64,000 nt of DNA from a bacterium (GTDB lineage: Bacteria > Hinthialibacterota > Hinthialibacteria > Hinthialibacterales > Hinthialibacteraceae): contig CAXXMV010000006.1 in the NCBI GenBank assembly GCA_963662285.2, forward strand, positions 512,001 to 576,000, in the 5' to 3' direction. A program made the translations under genes and the position numbers. Below the pieces are notes generated by a model, which was given only the letters and a program-made list of their open reading frames with translations, did not search any database and was not told the origin of the DNA. Every line of letters starts with the position of its first letter. The stretch's first letter is position 1. Positions 40,268 to 49,894 of this stretch are shown here, in pieces.

Positions 40268-40328
40268 AGTAGGTAGCAGGTAGAGTAGGTAGCAGGTAGG
40301 GTGGGCTAAAAGCGAAGCGTAGCCCACC
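40265..40328 (+). repeat. 16-bp tandem duplication followed by REP family A
   Basis: (TAGAGTAGGTAGCAGG)2 then TAGGGTGGGCTAAAAGCGAAGCGTAGCCCACC. Confidence 0.9.
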
Positions 40329-40335
40329 AAAGCCG

Positions 40336-40656
40336 CTAGTGTTTATCCAGCGCTCCAAAGACGACTTTGCCATTCTCCCATATGCAGATAAAGTTTCTCT
40401 GCTCCAGGTCTTTCTCATCTTCGGATATAACGCCAGCAGGAGTCATGCCGTCTTTACGGTTTTTAATGCGTGGTTCATCATCAGGAAACACTTCGCGCCA
40501 CACCTCAAATTCCGATTCATGGCGCGACACTGCAAAAGTCAGCCCCTGATTTATAAATTGGCTTATAACACCGCGCAGCTCTTTTTTGGGAAGCCGTTTT
40601 GTTACTTGAACCCGTATCTGAGTCTCATATTCATTAAGTGTCTTCATTAATGCCAC
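40336..40656 (-). CDS. hypothetical protein
   Basis: 106-aa ORF; RBS AAGGAAGGG. Confidence 0.65.
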   Translation of the reverse strand: MALMKTLNEYETQIRVQVTKRLPKKELRGVISQFINQGLTFAVSRHESEFEVWREVFPDDEPRIKNRKDGMTPAGVISEDEKDLEQRNFICIWENGKVVFGALDKH

Positions 40657-41037
40657 CCCTTCCTTAATGGATTTGGGGACATATAAAGCATCATGTTTAA
40701 TAATTTAAACAACGCTTACAGTTGATCTTCATTTCAGGGTTCCGACAAGTTGTAGAGCGACCAACATTTTCTCTCTACGAATAAGCTTACGTCATTTTAC
40801 AGTGAAAAACAAGCGAAAATTCAATAGATTTCAATATCCATGCAATAAATAATTATGATTGGGTAGTCTCATGAGAGGATTGAAGTATGTTTGAGAAGGT
40901 GATTATTTACCTGCATCATGATAGTCAGTATGATCAGGATTTCAGTTTAGAGTGATGATCAAAATCATATTCGTCTGTTATTGCTTTTGTTTTGGAAACG
41001 CGATTATAAATGAATATGTTATATAGAACCACAGTTT

Positions 41038-42279
41038 CTAATTCTTTATGTCGCCTTCTTCTTTGGACCAGATAATATGGCCTCGTTTGATGGTCATAAC
41101 CACATGTAGGTCTTCATCCAAAACCGCAATGTCGGCGTCTTTGCCGACCGCCAGGATGCCGCGCCGATATTTCCATGCCAAGACGCGAGCGGCGTTGAGA
41201 CTGGCCATTTGAGCCGCCTGTTCAAGAGTAGCCCGGCCATGTCTGACCATAGTACGCACTGCTTTACCCATATTGAGGGTGCTTCCGGCAAGCGTATCCG
41301 GTGCATTACAGAGATAGGCGCGTCCTTTGCGCACCTCAATTTCCTGTCCGCTGAAGGCATACTTACCTGATGGTTGTCCGGCCGCTCGGATGGCGTCAGT
41401 AATCAGAAGAATGCGATCCGAAGTCTTGATCTTGAGCAGCAACCGCAAAACCGCAGGATGAACATGCACCTCATCCGCAATTACTTCGACGAATAATTGG
41501 TCGCGCAGCAGGGCGCCGGTCAAAACGCCTGGTTTGCGGTGGTGAATCGGAGGCATGGCGTTGAAAATGTGCGTTACGCCTTCGAGTCCATTATCGATAG
41601 CTTCAGACAATTCTTCATAAGTGGCTTTGGAATGTCCAATGGAGAGATACAGTGGATAGATGCGGCCATCTCCGTCATAGATTTGTTTACGCCTACTCAG
41701 CGAAGCCATGCGGAGTACTTCCATGGCGCCCGGCGTCTCAGGCGCAATGGTCATTACTCTTAACCACGAGCCGCCGGCGTCAATCAGTTTATTAAAATTA
41801 TCCAGCGTTGCAGGCCACATCCAATCAGGACGAATGGCGCCATGCAGTTCCCTGTTAAGAAAAGGTCCTTCCAAGTGGATTCCTTCAATATTGCGATGGA
41901 GAGGCGCTGTTTCACAATAAGCCCTGATTTGTTTAATCTTCTGTATAAATTTATCCATGGGCTGGGGATAGAGGGTTGCGATGAGAGAGGTAGTGCCGTA
42001 ACGCGCATGAAAACGGGAAATCTCTTCACAGGCTTCAGGATCATCATCCGAAAAATCGTATCCCAGTCCACCATGGACATGCAAATCTATAAAACCGGGC
42101 AGAATGTATTTGCCCTCAACATTAATTATCCGTTCGTTGGCGGGAATGCTTACGTCTTCCGGCTGCCCCATTTGTTTTATCTGCCCGCCAGAAAGGTATA
42201 GTGAACAGTTATTCTCGCGGCGATATGGAGTTATGGCCGTTCCGCCAACTAGCGCAAGAGATTTGCCTGCACCTTCCAT
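41038..42279 (-). CDS. nagA: N-acetylglucosamine-6-phosphate deacetylase
   Basis: PGFIDLHVHG, HLEGPF, GHS, THIFNAM, ITDA, LAGS. Confidence 0.95.
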   Translation of the reverse strand: MEGAGKSLALVGGTAITPYRRENNCSLYLSGGQIKQMGQPEDVSIPANERIINVEGKYILPGFIDLHVHGGLGYDFSDDDPEACEEISRFHARYGTTSLIATLYPQPMDKFIQKIKQIRAYCETAPLHRNIEGIHLEGPFLNRELHGAIRPDWMWPATLDNFNKLIDAGGSWLRVMTIAPETPGAMEVLRMASLSRRKQIYDGDGRIYPLYLSIGHSKATYEELSEAIDNGLEGVTHIFNAMPPIHHRKPGVLTGALLRDQLFVEVIADEVHVHPAVLRLLLKIKTSDRILLITDAIRAAGQPSGKYAFSGQEIEVRKGRAYLCNAPDTLAGSTLNMGKAVRTMVRHGRATLEQAAQMASLNAARVLAWKYRRGILAVGKDADIAVLDEDLHVVMTIKRGHIIWSKEEGDIKN

Positions 42280-42522
42280 GATGTGAACCTCTTTCTCATA
42301 CTGATTGAATCTAATATATGGGTGTTATAATACAAACTTTGCCGTCATTGCGTTTACCTGATGAGCTGAGGTAGACTAAAATAACTGTAAGGCAAACTTA
42401 GCACTGTCTATATAATTGTAAACGAAGATTTTTATGACCGTCTAATCATTTGATTGACAAGTAATCCTATGCTTAGAGTAATCCAATGCGCAAGGATTTT
42501 CATCCAAGAGGAGGAAGAAAGA

Positions 42523-43779
42523 ATGCGAAGGATTCCAGTAGTTATCTCGATGTTCACAATTCTGTTAACATTCAATTTTATCATTCATTGCGCGGAGTCA
42601 AACCCCCCAAAGCAGATGGAGGCCTATGTTCCATGCCGGGCGATTACTCAAGGCCCCGATTCGCACTGGTTTTCGTATTATGATAAATTTCAGTTTGATG
42701 CGTCCGGGCGTTACGCGCTGGGAATGGAAGTGACCTTCAATAACCGTCCGCCGGAAGCTGGTGAAGCCATTAAGCTGGGCATGGTTGATCTGGAAGATAA
42801 TGATAAATGGATTGAACTGGCCGAAACGCGAGCCTGGGGCTGGCAGCAGGGCTGTATGTTGCAATGGATTCCGGGAAGCAAAAGCGAAGTAATCTATAAT
42901 ACTATGATGGATGGACGGTTCGTTTCGGTGATCCTGGATGTATTCACCAGAAAATCGCGCGTATTGCCAATGCCTATATATACCTTGAGCGGTGATGGCA
43001 AATGGGGCGTGGTTCCCAATTTTTCCCGCTTGAATGAAATGCGCCCCGGTTATGGATACGAAGGAGTGGAAGACGCCTGGGCGGATATCAACCAACCAAA
43101 AGGCGACGGCATCCATAGGATCAACCTGAAAACGGGTGAAACCAAGTTAATCGTATCAATCGACCAGATCGCCAATTTTCGTACTACGCCATCGATGAAG
43201 AATACCAAGCATTATTTCAACCACCTGCTCTTTAACCCTACCGGCGAGCGATTTATTTTTCTGCATCGTTGGCGTATTACAAGAGATAACGGCAAGTCCG
43301 GGTGGCATACGCGGTTATTTACAGTTCAACCTGATGGTGAAAACCTTCAATGCCTAAATGAACATAATATGACGTCTCACTTTATCTGGAAGAATGCCAG
43401 TCAAATACTGGCCTGGGCGCATGAACCGGAAATCGGCGACAGGTTCTTTTTGTATGATGATTTGTCTGATAAGAAACAGGTTATCGGCGACGGGCTGTTG
43501 ATGCGTGATGGACATTGCACCTATTCACCTGACGGGGAGTGGATTCTGACCGACACTTATCCCGATAAAGAACGTATGCAGAACCTGATGCTTTACCGTC
43601 CATCCGATGGAAAACTGGTTAAACTGGGCAGGTTCTATCTGGACAAAAAATTCACCGGACAAACACGCTGCGACCTGCATGGCCGTTGGAGCCGGGATGG
43701 GAAATCAATTTGCATCGACTCGCTTCATACCGGCAAAAGGCAAATGTATTTGCTCGATATCAGCGGGATTGTTAAATAA
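42523..43779 (+). CDS. secreted beta-propeller, oligogalacturonate-lyase/TolB-like
   Basis: Signal peptide; HYFNHLLFNP, DGHCTYSPDG, RCDLHGRWS. Confidence 0.75.
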   Translation: MRRIPVVISMFTILLTFNFIIHCAESNPPKQMEAYVPCRAITQGPDSHWFSYYDKFQFDASGRYALGMEVTFNNRPPEAGEAIKLGMVDLEDNDKWIELAETRAWGWQQGCMLQWIPGSKSEVIYNTMMDGRFVSVILDVFTRKSRVLPMPIYTLSGDGKWGVVPNFSRLNEMRPGYGYEGVEDAWADINQPKGDGIHRINLKTGETKLIVSIDQIANFRTTPSMKNTKHYFNHLLFNPTGERFIFLHRWRITRDNGKSGWHTRLFTVQPDGENLQCLNEHNMTSHFIWKNASQILAWAHEPEIGDRFFLYDDLSDKKQVIGDGLLMRDGHCTYSPDGEWILTDTYPDKERMQNLMLYRPSDGKLVKLGRFYLDKKFTGQTRCDLHGRWSRDGKSICIDSLHTGKRQMYLLDISGIVK

Positions 43780-43852
43780 TCCGATTGGTATATCAGGTTT
43801 TGTGGGCAACATATAAAAAGTCTGTATCTGGAAAGTACTAGAGGTAAGATAA

Positions 43853-44851
43853 ATGAAACGTTTGATAAAATCCATTTTTTTGTTGGTTATGACTATATGC
43901 GCAACTTTGAATTCCGCCATACTTGCCGATGAAGCGGCGCCTTCCAAAATGCGCAGTATGCAATATACGTCGCGGTCAGCAAAGGAAGCCATTGGATGGC
44001 AGTATGAGTTGCGCACTAAATTTTTTGCTTTGCTTAATATGGAAGACTTGATCGCTAATCGACTTTCAATTCCGTTGGATGCCAAAGTATTGTCGTCCAA
44101 TGAATTGGATGGATATACTCAGGAAGAGATTGAATTCCGCTCGACTCCATCGCGCCGGGGACGGATGATTAAAGCAGTCATAACCACGCCCGATGGTCCG
44201 CATCCTCCCTATCCAGCGGTTATCTGCATTCATGGTCATGGCGGGAACCGTTACAGCGCTTATGACTCAAGCAGCATTTACAAAGGCTTTGCTACAGAAC
44301 TGGCCAAACAGGGTTACATTACGATCTCCATCGACATCGGGCAGCATGAAGTCTATGAGAAGCGCCGCACTTTAATGGGAGAGAGGTTGTGGGATTTGAT
44401 CCGTTGCGTGGATTATCTGCATGCATCGCCTATAGTGGATAAAGGGCGCATCGGGTGCGCCGGGCTTTCGCTGGGCGGCGAGATGAGTATGTGGTTGGGA
44501 GCGATTGACCGGCGGGTGGCGGCGGTAGTCAGCGCCGGATTCCTGACCGTGATGGATCAGATGGAACAGAATCACTGCATGTGCTGGAAGTTCCCCGGAC
44601 TGCGCGAGTTGGTCGATTTCGCCGACATATATTCGATGACCGCCCCGCGGGCATTGCAATGCCAAAACGGACTCAAAGAACCGGAAACCCAGTTTTATGT
44701 ACCTCTAGCCAAACAAGCATTACAAGAGATAAAGGTTATATATAAAGATTTCGACGCATCAGATAACCTCGAACTCGATATACACCAAGGCGCGCATGAG
44801 ATTGATCTGCCTGAGTTGATGCGTTTTATGGATGAGCATTTGAAAGATTAA
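43853..44851 (+). CDS. secreted alpha/beta hydrolase (acetyl-xylan esterase/dienelactone hydrolase-like)
   Basis: IHGHGG, GLSLGG nucleophile elbow, C-terminal H. Confidence 0.88.
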   Translation: MKRLIKSIFLLVMTICATLNSAILADEAAPSKMRSMQYTSRSAKEAIGWQYELRTKFFALLNMEDLIANRLSIPLDAKVLSSNELDGYTQEEIEFRSTPSRRGRMIKAVITTPDGPHPPYPAVICIHGHGGNRYSAYDSSSIYKGFATELAKQGYITISIDIGQHEVYEKRRTLMGERLWDLIRCVDYLHASPIVDKGRIGCAGLSLGGEMSMWLGAIDRRVAAVVSAGFLTVMDQMEQNHCMCWKFPGLRELVDFADIYSMTAPRALQCQNGLKEPETQFYVPLAKQALQEIKVIYKDFDASDNLELDIHQGAHEIDLPELMRFMDEHLKD

Positions 44852-44857
44852 ATAAGA

Positions 44858-44898
44858 GGTGGTTTTTTGATGGATCTGTGAAGATTGACCTATCCTAC
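44858..44898 (-). repeat. GTAG-footed REP variant
   Basis: Reverse complement resembles 13909-13950. Confidence 0.65.
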
Positions 44899-44924
44899 GC
44901 AGAAGCTAAAGGAGTTAATCAAAC

Positions 44925-46184
44925 ATGAATTTTCATCGCATGAGGATAAAACCAGTTGTTATTGTTTGCATATATGTGATCTTGTCATTCTCCGTTTGTT
45001 CAGCGGATGAGCGGCTTGATTTTGGGCCTATTGTAAACAAGCAGTTCCCGGCCTTGGTATATGAGGAGGAATTGCTCGACCATGATCCTGCTGATAGGTC
45101 ACGTTTGATGATCGCTTCGTTCAATAATGGCAAACCAGTAATTCATAATATCGCCGCTGCTCAATACATTACGCCAAGGCGTCTCTCTGATGCTGTGTTT
45201 ATGCTTGAAATGAGCCACCATCCGAAAGATCAAACGCTATGGACGCAAACTCACTACTTGGTGGATTTTCAGACCGGATCGAGCGTCCTACTTGGAGAAA
45301 GCAAATCGCGGGATAGACTGGTGCATTTTTACAGCATTTATAGTGATAAAGGCGAAGCCATCATTCTTCGATATGGTCAAGGCACAGATGAAAGCACGTT
45401 GCTTCGCGCTGATCTGAAAACGCTGAAAGTCGATCCATTGTATACAATACCAATAACAGAGGCCACGCATGGATTTCATTCTCCAAAGATGAAGATTTCT
45501 CCTGATTTTAAACGGCTTGCAACGATGATACCCATAGAGGGAGATGAAAAAGCCTATATAAAGAAATCCTACAAACTACGCGTGTTAGACTTGCAGACCA
45601 TGAAAACCACTGATTTAGATGAAATGGTAACAGTTGAAATTGGGGGATTTTCTTCGAATGGTCCTGGCATTCCTCCATTCGTCTGGCTGGATTCTGAAGA
45701 GATTCTCTATCAGCATATGCCGCCCAGCGAAATGCCAAACGATGATTTCGATGTACAATATGTGCTAAAAAGCGCTAGCATCAAGAATAGCACAACGACT
45801 GAATGGCTCCGTAACCGAATGCGCCTTACTCTACGCGGCGGGTCTATGAGCGTTAACCGGTCTAAAAACGAGGTTAATTTTCACGATTGTGTGGTTGATA
45901 TCTCTAGCCGCAGTTTAAAGACCAAGGATACGCGCAAGCCTCAAAAGAATCAGAAAATCGAGCAACTCGAATTGAAGGTCAAAACCTTATTAAGCCCCAA
46001 GAATTACGGAATAACCCAAACATTAGTTTCTTCTTCCAAGAAAAATGCCGCCTGTTTCATAAATTTTAAGGATGATAGAAGCGAAACGCCGAAAATCTAT
46101 GCGCAAACAGAAGAGATGACGCAACCTATTGTTGTATCGGATGCACAGTTTTCTACATCGCTCATCACATGGATTGAGGACTAA
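44925..46184 (+). CDS. secreted hypothetical beta-propeller-like protein
   Basis: Signal peptide, ISPDFKRLA; RBS AAGGAG. Confidence 0.7.
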   Translation: MNFHRMRIKPVVIVCIYVILSFSVCSADERLDFGPIVNKQFPALVYEEELLDHDPADRSRLMIASFNNGKPVIHNIAAAQYITPRRLSDAVFMLEMSHHPKDQTLWTQTHYLVDFQTGSSVLLGESKSRDRLVHFYSIYSDKGEAIILRYGQGTDESTLLRADLKTLKVDPLYTIPITEATHGFHSPKMKISPDFKRLATMIPIEGDEKAYIKKSYKLRVLDLQTMKTTDLDEMVTVEIGGFSSNGPGIPPFVWLDSEEILYQHMPPSEMPNDDFDVQYVLKSASIKNSTTTEWLRNRMRLTLRGGSMSVNRSKNEVNFHDCVVDISSRSLKTKDTRKPQKNQKIEQLELKVKTLLSPKNYGITQTLVSSSKKNAACFINFKDDRSETPKIYAQTEEMTQPIVVSDAQFSTSLITWIED

Positions 46185-46193
46185 CGCAGTAAA

Positions 46194-46285
46194 GTAGGGT
46201 GGGCTGAAAGCGACAGCGTAGCCCACCGTGATACGCAGGTGGCTTTGGTGGGCTACACCGCTTCGCGGCTTTTAGCCCACCCTAC
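46194..46285. repeat. REPIN (two inverted family A REPs)
   Basis: GTAG-REP 46194-46227 and inverted REP 46247-46285. Confidence 0.9.
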
Positions 46286-46312
46286 CGGCTACCGGCTTTT
46301 ATCACATCCTAC

Positions 46313-47437
46313 TTAACGCCATTTCACTTCTTTCACCCGCGCCCCCCGGTACCAGATGGTGTTTCCAGGGGTGTGTTGTTGGAATCCGAAACCTCCCTGG
46401 TATGGCGGTTTGAGAGCGCTGGTTTGGCTTACAGGTTCTCCATTGACCATAACCATAGCGATGGGGCCGTCGGCGAATACTTGCAGCAGGAACCACTGTT
46501 GATCATAACTCACGATCCTTTGGGCTGGAGCAATGCCGTACATGCTTCCAGTGGGATTGGTGCTGTCGGGTGAGTTAAAACACTGTACTTCTATGCCGTG
46601 GTTATTATCCTGGCGGTAAAAATGAACGCCGCCGTTGCCGTTGACCATTGTTTTTACCCAAACCTGAAATTCAAATGGTCCACTGAATTTACGCTTGGTG
46701 AAAATGAAGCCATTTTTTCCCTTACCTGTCAGTAAGTCGCCTTCTAGGCTCCAGTCGGTTTCTTCTAATCGTAGAAGACTATACAGACCAGGATCGAACA
46801 GGTTGATCCAGTCTTCTTTATCGGGCAATACGCAGATTTCTAATTTACGGAATGAAGCCTTGCAGCCGATGTTTTGGATGCCGATGAATCCCCGCCGTAA
46901 TCTATGGCGTAGTTGATCATGGGTTTTCATATTAATGTCATGGATCAGTTTTCCGTTTAGGGTTACGCGTAGGGTTGGCCAATCGCAGACTATCTCGCAT
47001 TGATTCCATTGGCCCGATGGTAGGTTTGCGATAGATAGCGGCGCCGCGGCGTCATAAATGGCGCCGGGAGAACGAACGCCATATTCATGCTGGTCGTGCC
47101 GCAGGTGAAGTTTCATACCCAGTTTTGAAGCAGGGCCGTCGGCTGGGGCATGGAGTAAGATTCCGCCTTCATACCAACCATCAGTTTTATATTCAAAACG
47201 TAATATGAAATTTTCATACTGTGCATCGCTGCGCAGCCAGGATGGGTAGGGGCCAGCTCCGGTGGTATATATTGAGTTCTGCTTAACCACAAAAGCATCG
47301 GGGGTTCCAACGGTTTGCCAGCCGGATAGATCTTCACCATTGAAAATGGGAGAAAAACCTTCTTCAGCTGAAGCTATCACGGGAAGGATTAATAAAAGAC
47401 CAAAGAACATGATGAATAATGTTTTTTTGCGTTCCAA
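46313..47437 (-). CDS. DUF1080 (3-keto-disaccharide hydrolase family), two-domain, secreted; copy 1
   Basis: FSPIFNGEDLSGW, YENFILRFEYK, GQWNQCEI, GFIGIQ. Confidence 0.88.
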   Translation of the reverse strand: MERKKTLFIMFFGLLLILPVIASAEEGFSPIFNGEDLSGWQTVGTPDAFVVKQNSIYTTGAGPYPSWLRSDAQYENFILRFEYKTDGWYEGGILLHAPADGPASKLGMKLHLRHDQHEYGVRSPGAIYDAAAPLSIANLPSGQWNQCEIVCDWPTLRVTLNGKLIHDINMKTHDQLRHRLRRGFIGIQNIGCKASFRKLEICVLPDKEDWINLFDPGLYSLLRLEETDWSLEGDLLTGKGKNGFIFTKRKFSGPFEFQVWVKTMVNGNGGVHFYRQDNNHGIEVQCFNSPDSTNPTGSMYGIAPAQRIVSYDQQWFLLQVFADGPIAMVMVNGEPVSQTSALKPPYQGGFGFQQHTPGNTIWYRGARVKEVKWR

Positions 47438-47491
47438 TGTTTTTGCCCTCTTATTATTGTTGGAAATTACATTTTGATACAGGGTGGTTTT

Positions 47492-47530
47492 GGTGGGCTA
47501 CGTCGCTTTGCGACTTTTAGCCCACCCTAC
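47492..47530 (-). repeat. REP family A with GTAG foot
   Basis: ...TTTTAGCCCACCCTAC. Confidence 0.9.
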
Positions 47531-47537
47531 CTGGTAA

Positions 47538-48158
47538 TTATTGTCCACCCAGAATCTGGCTGTTAAGGACAAAGATATTGCCAGCTGAGATTAAGCCATT
47601 TGAGGGCATGTAAATAAAATCAGCATTTTTGTCATGTAATCCTTGAGCGCCCGCAGTGCCCCAGGGGTAATTCTGTAAACCATTGGGTCCAACTGACGTC
47701 ATGATGTATGAAATACTGTACCTCTTCAGCATGTTGAAGGTATCTGTGCTGTTTTTGCAACTGGGAGTTCCCTTGGGGCCAAATGAAACGGCGGAGGTAT
47801 ATTCATAAACTGGTTTCATTCCGGTTTTGATGCTCTGCCGGTTCTGAAATTTCGGATCAATGCCGGCGAATCCATCATCTGGAATTGCGCTAATATAGGA
47901 AACTGGGGTAGTCAGCGGAATATATGAAAGATGTTCGGCCTGTCCGACGCCGCAATCTCCATCATAAGTATATTGCCCACGATCCAGGTGATACTGTTCC
48001 TGCGCCATTGCTACAGCTTTCATGTCCGAAACGACGCGCGCGACTTTAGCCCTTTGCTGTGCATTCAAGAAATTCGGCACGGCGATGGCGGCCAGAACTC
48101 CAATGATGGCGACGACAATAAGCAATTCAATCAGCGTGAACCCTCTAGGTTTAGTCAT
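47538..48158 (-). CDS. type IV pilin/GspG-like prepilin; copy 1
   Basis: G|FTLIELLIVVAIIGVLAAIAVPNF class III signal; LTTPVSYI; SVGPNG; YMPSNG...GNI. Confidence 0.92.
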   Translation of the reverse strand: MTKPRGFTLIELLIVVAIIGVLAAIAVPNFLNAQQRAKVARVVSDMKAVAMAQEQYHLDRGQYTYDGDCGVGQAEHLSYIPLTTPVSYISAIPDDGFAGIDPKFQNRQSIKTGMKPVYEYTSAVSFGPKGTPSCKNSTDTFNMLKRYSISYIMTSVGPNGLQNYPWGTAGAQGLHDKNADFIYMPSNGLISAGNIFVLNSQILGGQ

Positions 48159-48314
48159 AATCGAAGCCCTCTGTTTTAGCAAATAAATTATCGATTCATT
48201 ATACATTATAAGATTGCTTGATTTATGAGTTTTTTACTAGATTGGGTTACGTTTTTGTCATGTTTTGTTGGCTAATTCGCCGTTACTGAGGCTCTCTGAT
48301 TTGATAAACCGATA

Positions 48315-49829
48315 TTAATAATTCCAACAAGGTACTGCTGATGGCGTTGGACCAAAGAAAATATATATAACTCCGCACATTTCACGGCCTTGGTAAGTAC
48401 ATCGTGGATCGCCAATCACAAGATCATTGGAAGAATCATTGTTGATATTCATAAAGTAGGCGCCTGATCCCAAATGTAGATTACCTTCACCAGACTTGAG
48501 ATACCAATCGTATACATTCTGATCCAGATCGATTTCTTTAGGCCAAGTCATTCTACCTTTTAGTAAAATGCTATAACCGCCATCGGGTATTTGAGGATGG
48601 GTTCCGGTCAGAAGAACATCGTTCAGCCCGTCTCCATCAAAATCACCTGTTTTCATGAGATATCCCAAACCAACCTGGTCAGAACGTCCATGAATGGTTA
48701 TTAACTCTGGATCAGTGAGTATGTCGATAGTTGATGAAATATTTGATTTACCCAAAAGGATATATCCAGTGCCATTTTTAGTTCTATCTTTGGATGAGGC
48801 GGCAAGAGAACTGAATAACAGGTCTTTGACTTCATCACCATTCACATCGGCAACAGCCAGAGAATGACCGAGTGATCCATCCTTAACGCCATTCTGGATT
48901 GTTATATCGGCTTGAGTTGTTTGCAGATCAATTATGCTAGGCCAGGAGGAACGTCCATAAAATACGTATCCTTTACCTTGATTATTTTGTCCAGTCGAAA
49001 GATCGAATGCAATCAGATCGTCTAATCCATCGTTATTCAAATCACCGACTTCTACGGTGCGTCCGAGTCTGCTTATAGATGGTACAGAAGCTATGCCTTC
49101 TCCGTAAATCTCTACATCTACCGTGTCTTGATTTAACTCGATTTTCGCAGGCCAAGTCTCTTTTCCAAACAGAACTTGAACTCTTCCCGCCGATCCTAAT
49201 TCTTTCCCGGGCTTTTTTGCATTGTCATTTCCTGAAATAATATCTTTTTTTCCGTCATTATTGATATCACCCACTGCAACAGCATATCTAATCTCATAAT
49301 CAAGCGATGAGCCTTCTATGATCACATCGGCGGAAGAGGCTGAGATGTTCGTTTCAGTGAAGAAATCCGGTTTTCCTTTGAATATATAAATAGCGCCATT
49401 AGTTTTTAGATAAGATGCAGGATTCAGAATAATAAGATCGTGAAAACCATCCTCATCCAGATCTGTAACCCACCATCCAATACCGAACAATGTTTTTTCC
49501 AAAAGACCTGTGATTGTCAGATCGGCGCTTGCTTGGTTGAGATCAATGATTTTGGGTAATTCCTGGCCGCCTTGAAATATATCAATACAACCATTACCTA
49601 GATTCAAACTTTGATCAGAAGAAATAACGATATCGTTTTTCCCATCACCATTAAAATCCCCGACGCCGGTAAATGCAAAAAAACCTCCCAAACCATCTTT
49701 TTCCTGCGCGCCGATAATTTTGATATCATATTGATCAACATTGAGTTGATTCAACTCACTCGAGAAAGCAAATGGACAAATAAGTAATGCTAAAATTGTG
49801 AATGAATTACATTTTAATAGACATCCCAT
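48315..49829 (-). CDS. secreted FG-GAP/integrin-alpha beta-propeller protein with C-terminal SAVPCWNY
   Basis: Repeated GDFNGDGKND / GDINNDGKKD / GDLNNDGLDD; signal peptide. Confidence 0.9.
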   Translation of the reverse strand: MGCLLKCNSFTILALLICPFAFSSELNQLNVDQYDIKIIGAQEKDGLGGFFAFTGVGDFNGDGKNDIVISSDQSLNLGNGCIDIFQGGQELPKIIDLNQASADLTITGLLEKTLFGIGWWVTDLDEDGFHDLIILNPASYLKTNGAIYIFKGKPDFFTETNISASSADVIIEGSSLDYEIRYAVAVGDINNDGKKDIISGNDNAKKPGKELGSAGRVQVLFGKETWPAKIELNQDTVDVEIYGEGIASVPSISRLGRTVEVGDLNNDGLDDLIAFDLSTGQNNQGKGYVFYGRSSWPSIIDLQTTQADITIQNGVKDGSLGHSLAVADVNGDEVKDLLFSSLAASSKDRTKNGTGYILLGKSNISSTIDILTDPELITIHGRSDQVGLGYLMKTGDFDGDGLNDVLLTGTHPQIPDGGYSILLKGRMTWPKEIDLDQNVYDWYLKSGEGNLHLGSGAYFMNINNDSSNDLVIGDPRCTYQGREMCGVIYIFFGPTPSAVPCWNY

Positions 49830-49894
49830 AGATTACTCTCCTTAATTCATTGTGTTGATATGACGAATTGTATTTATTCTTGTAACTGTTAATT

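Larger units (their letters stand above)
46192..48150. repeat. about 1.96-kb direct duplication, copy 1 (partner starts at 52629, offset 6437)
   Basis: Same DUF1080 and pilin genes and the same intergenic REPs. Confidence 0.95.

Noticed and set aside
46194-46296. CRISPR array
   Set aside because: Repeats are dispersed or inverted palindromes without regular unique spacers; no cas genes
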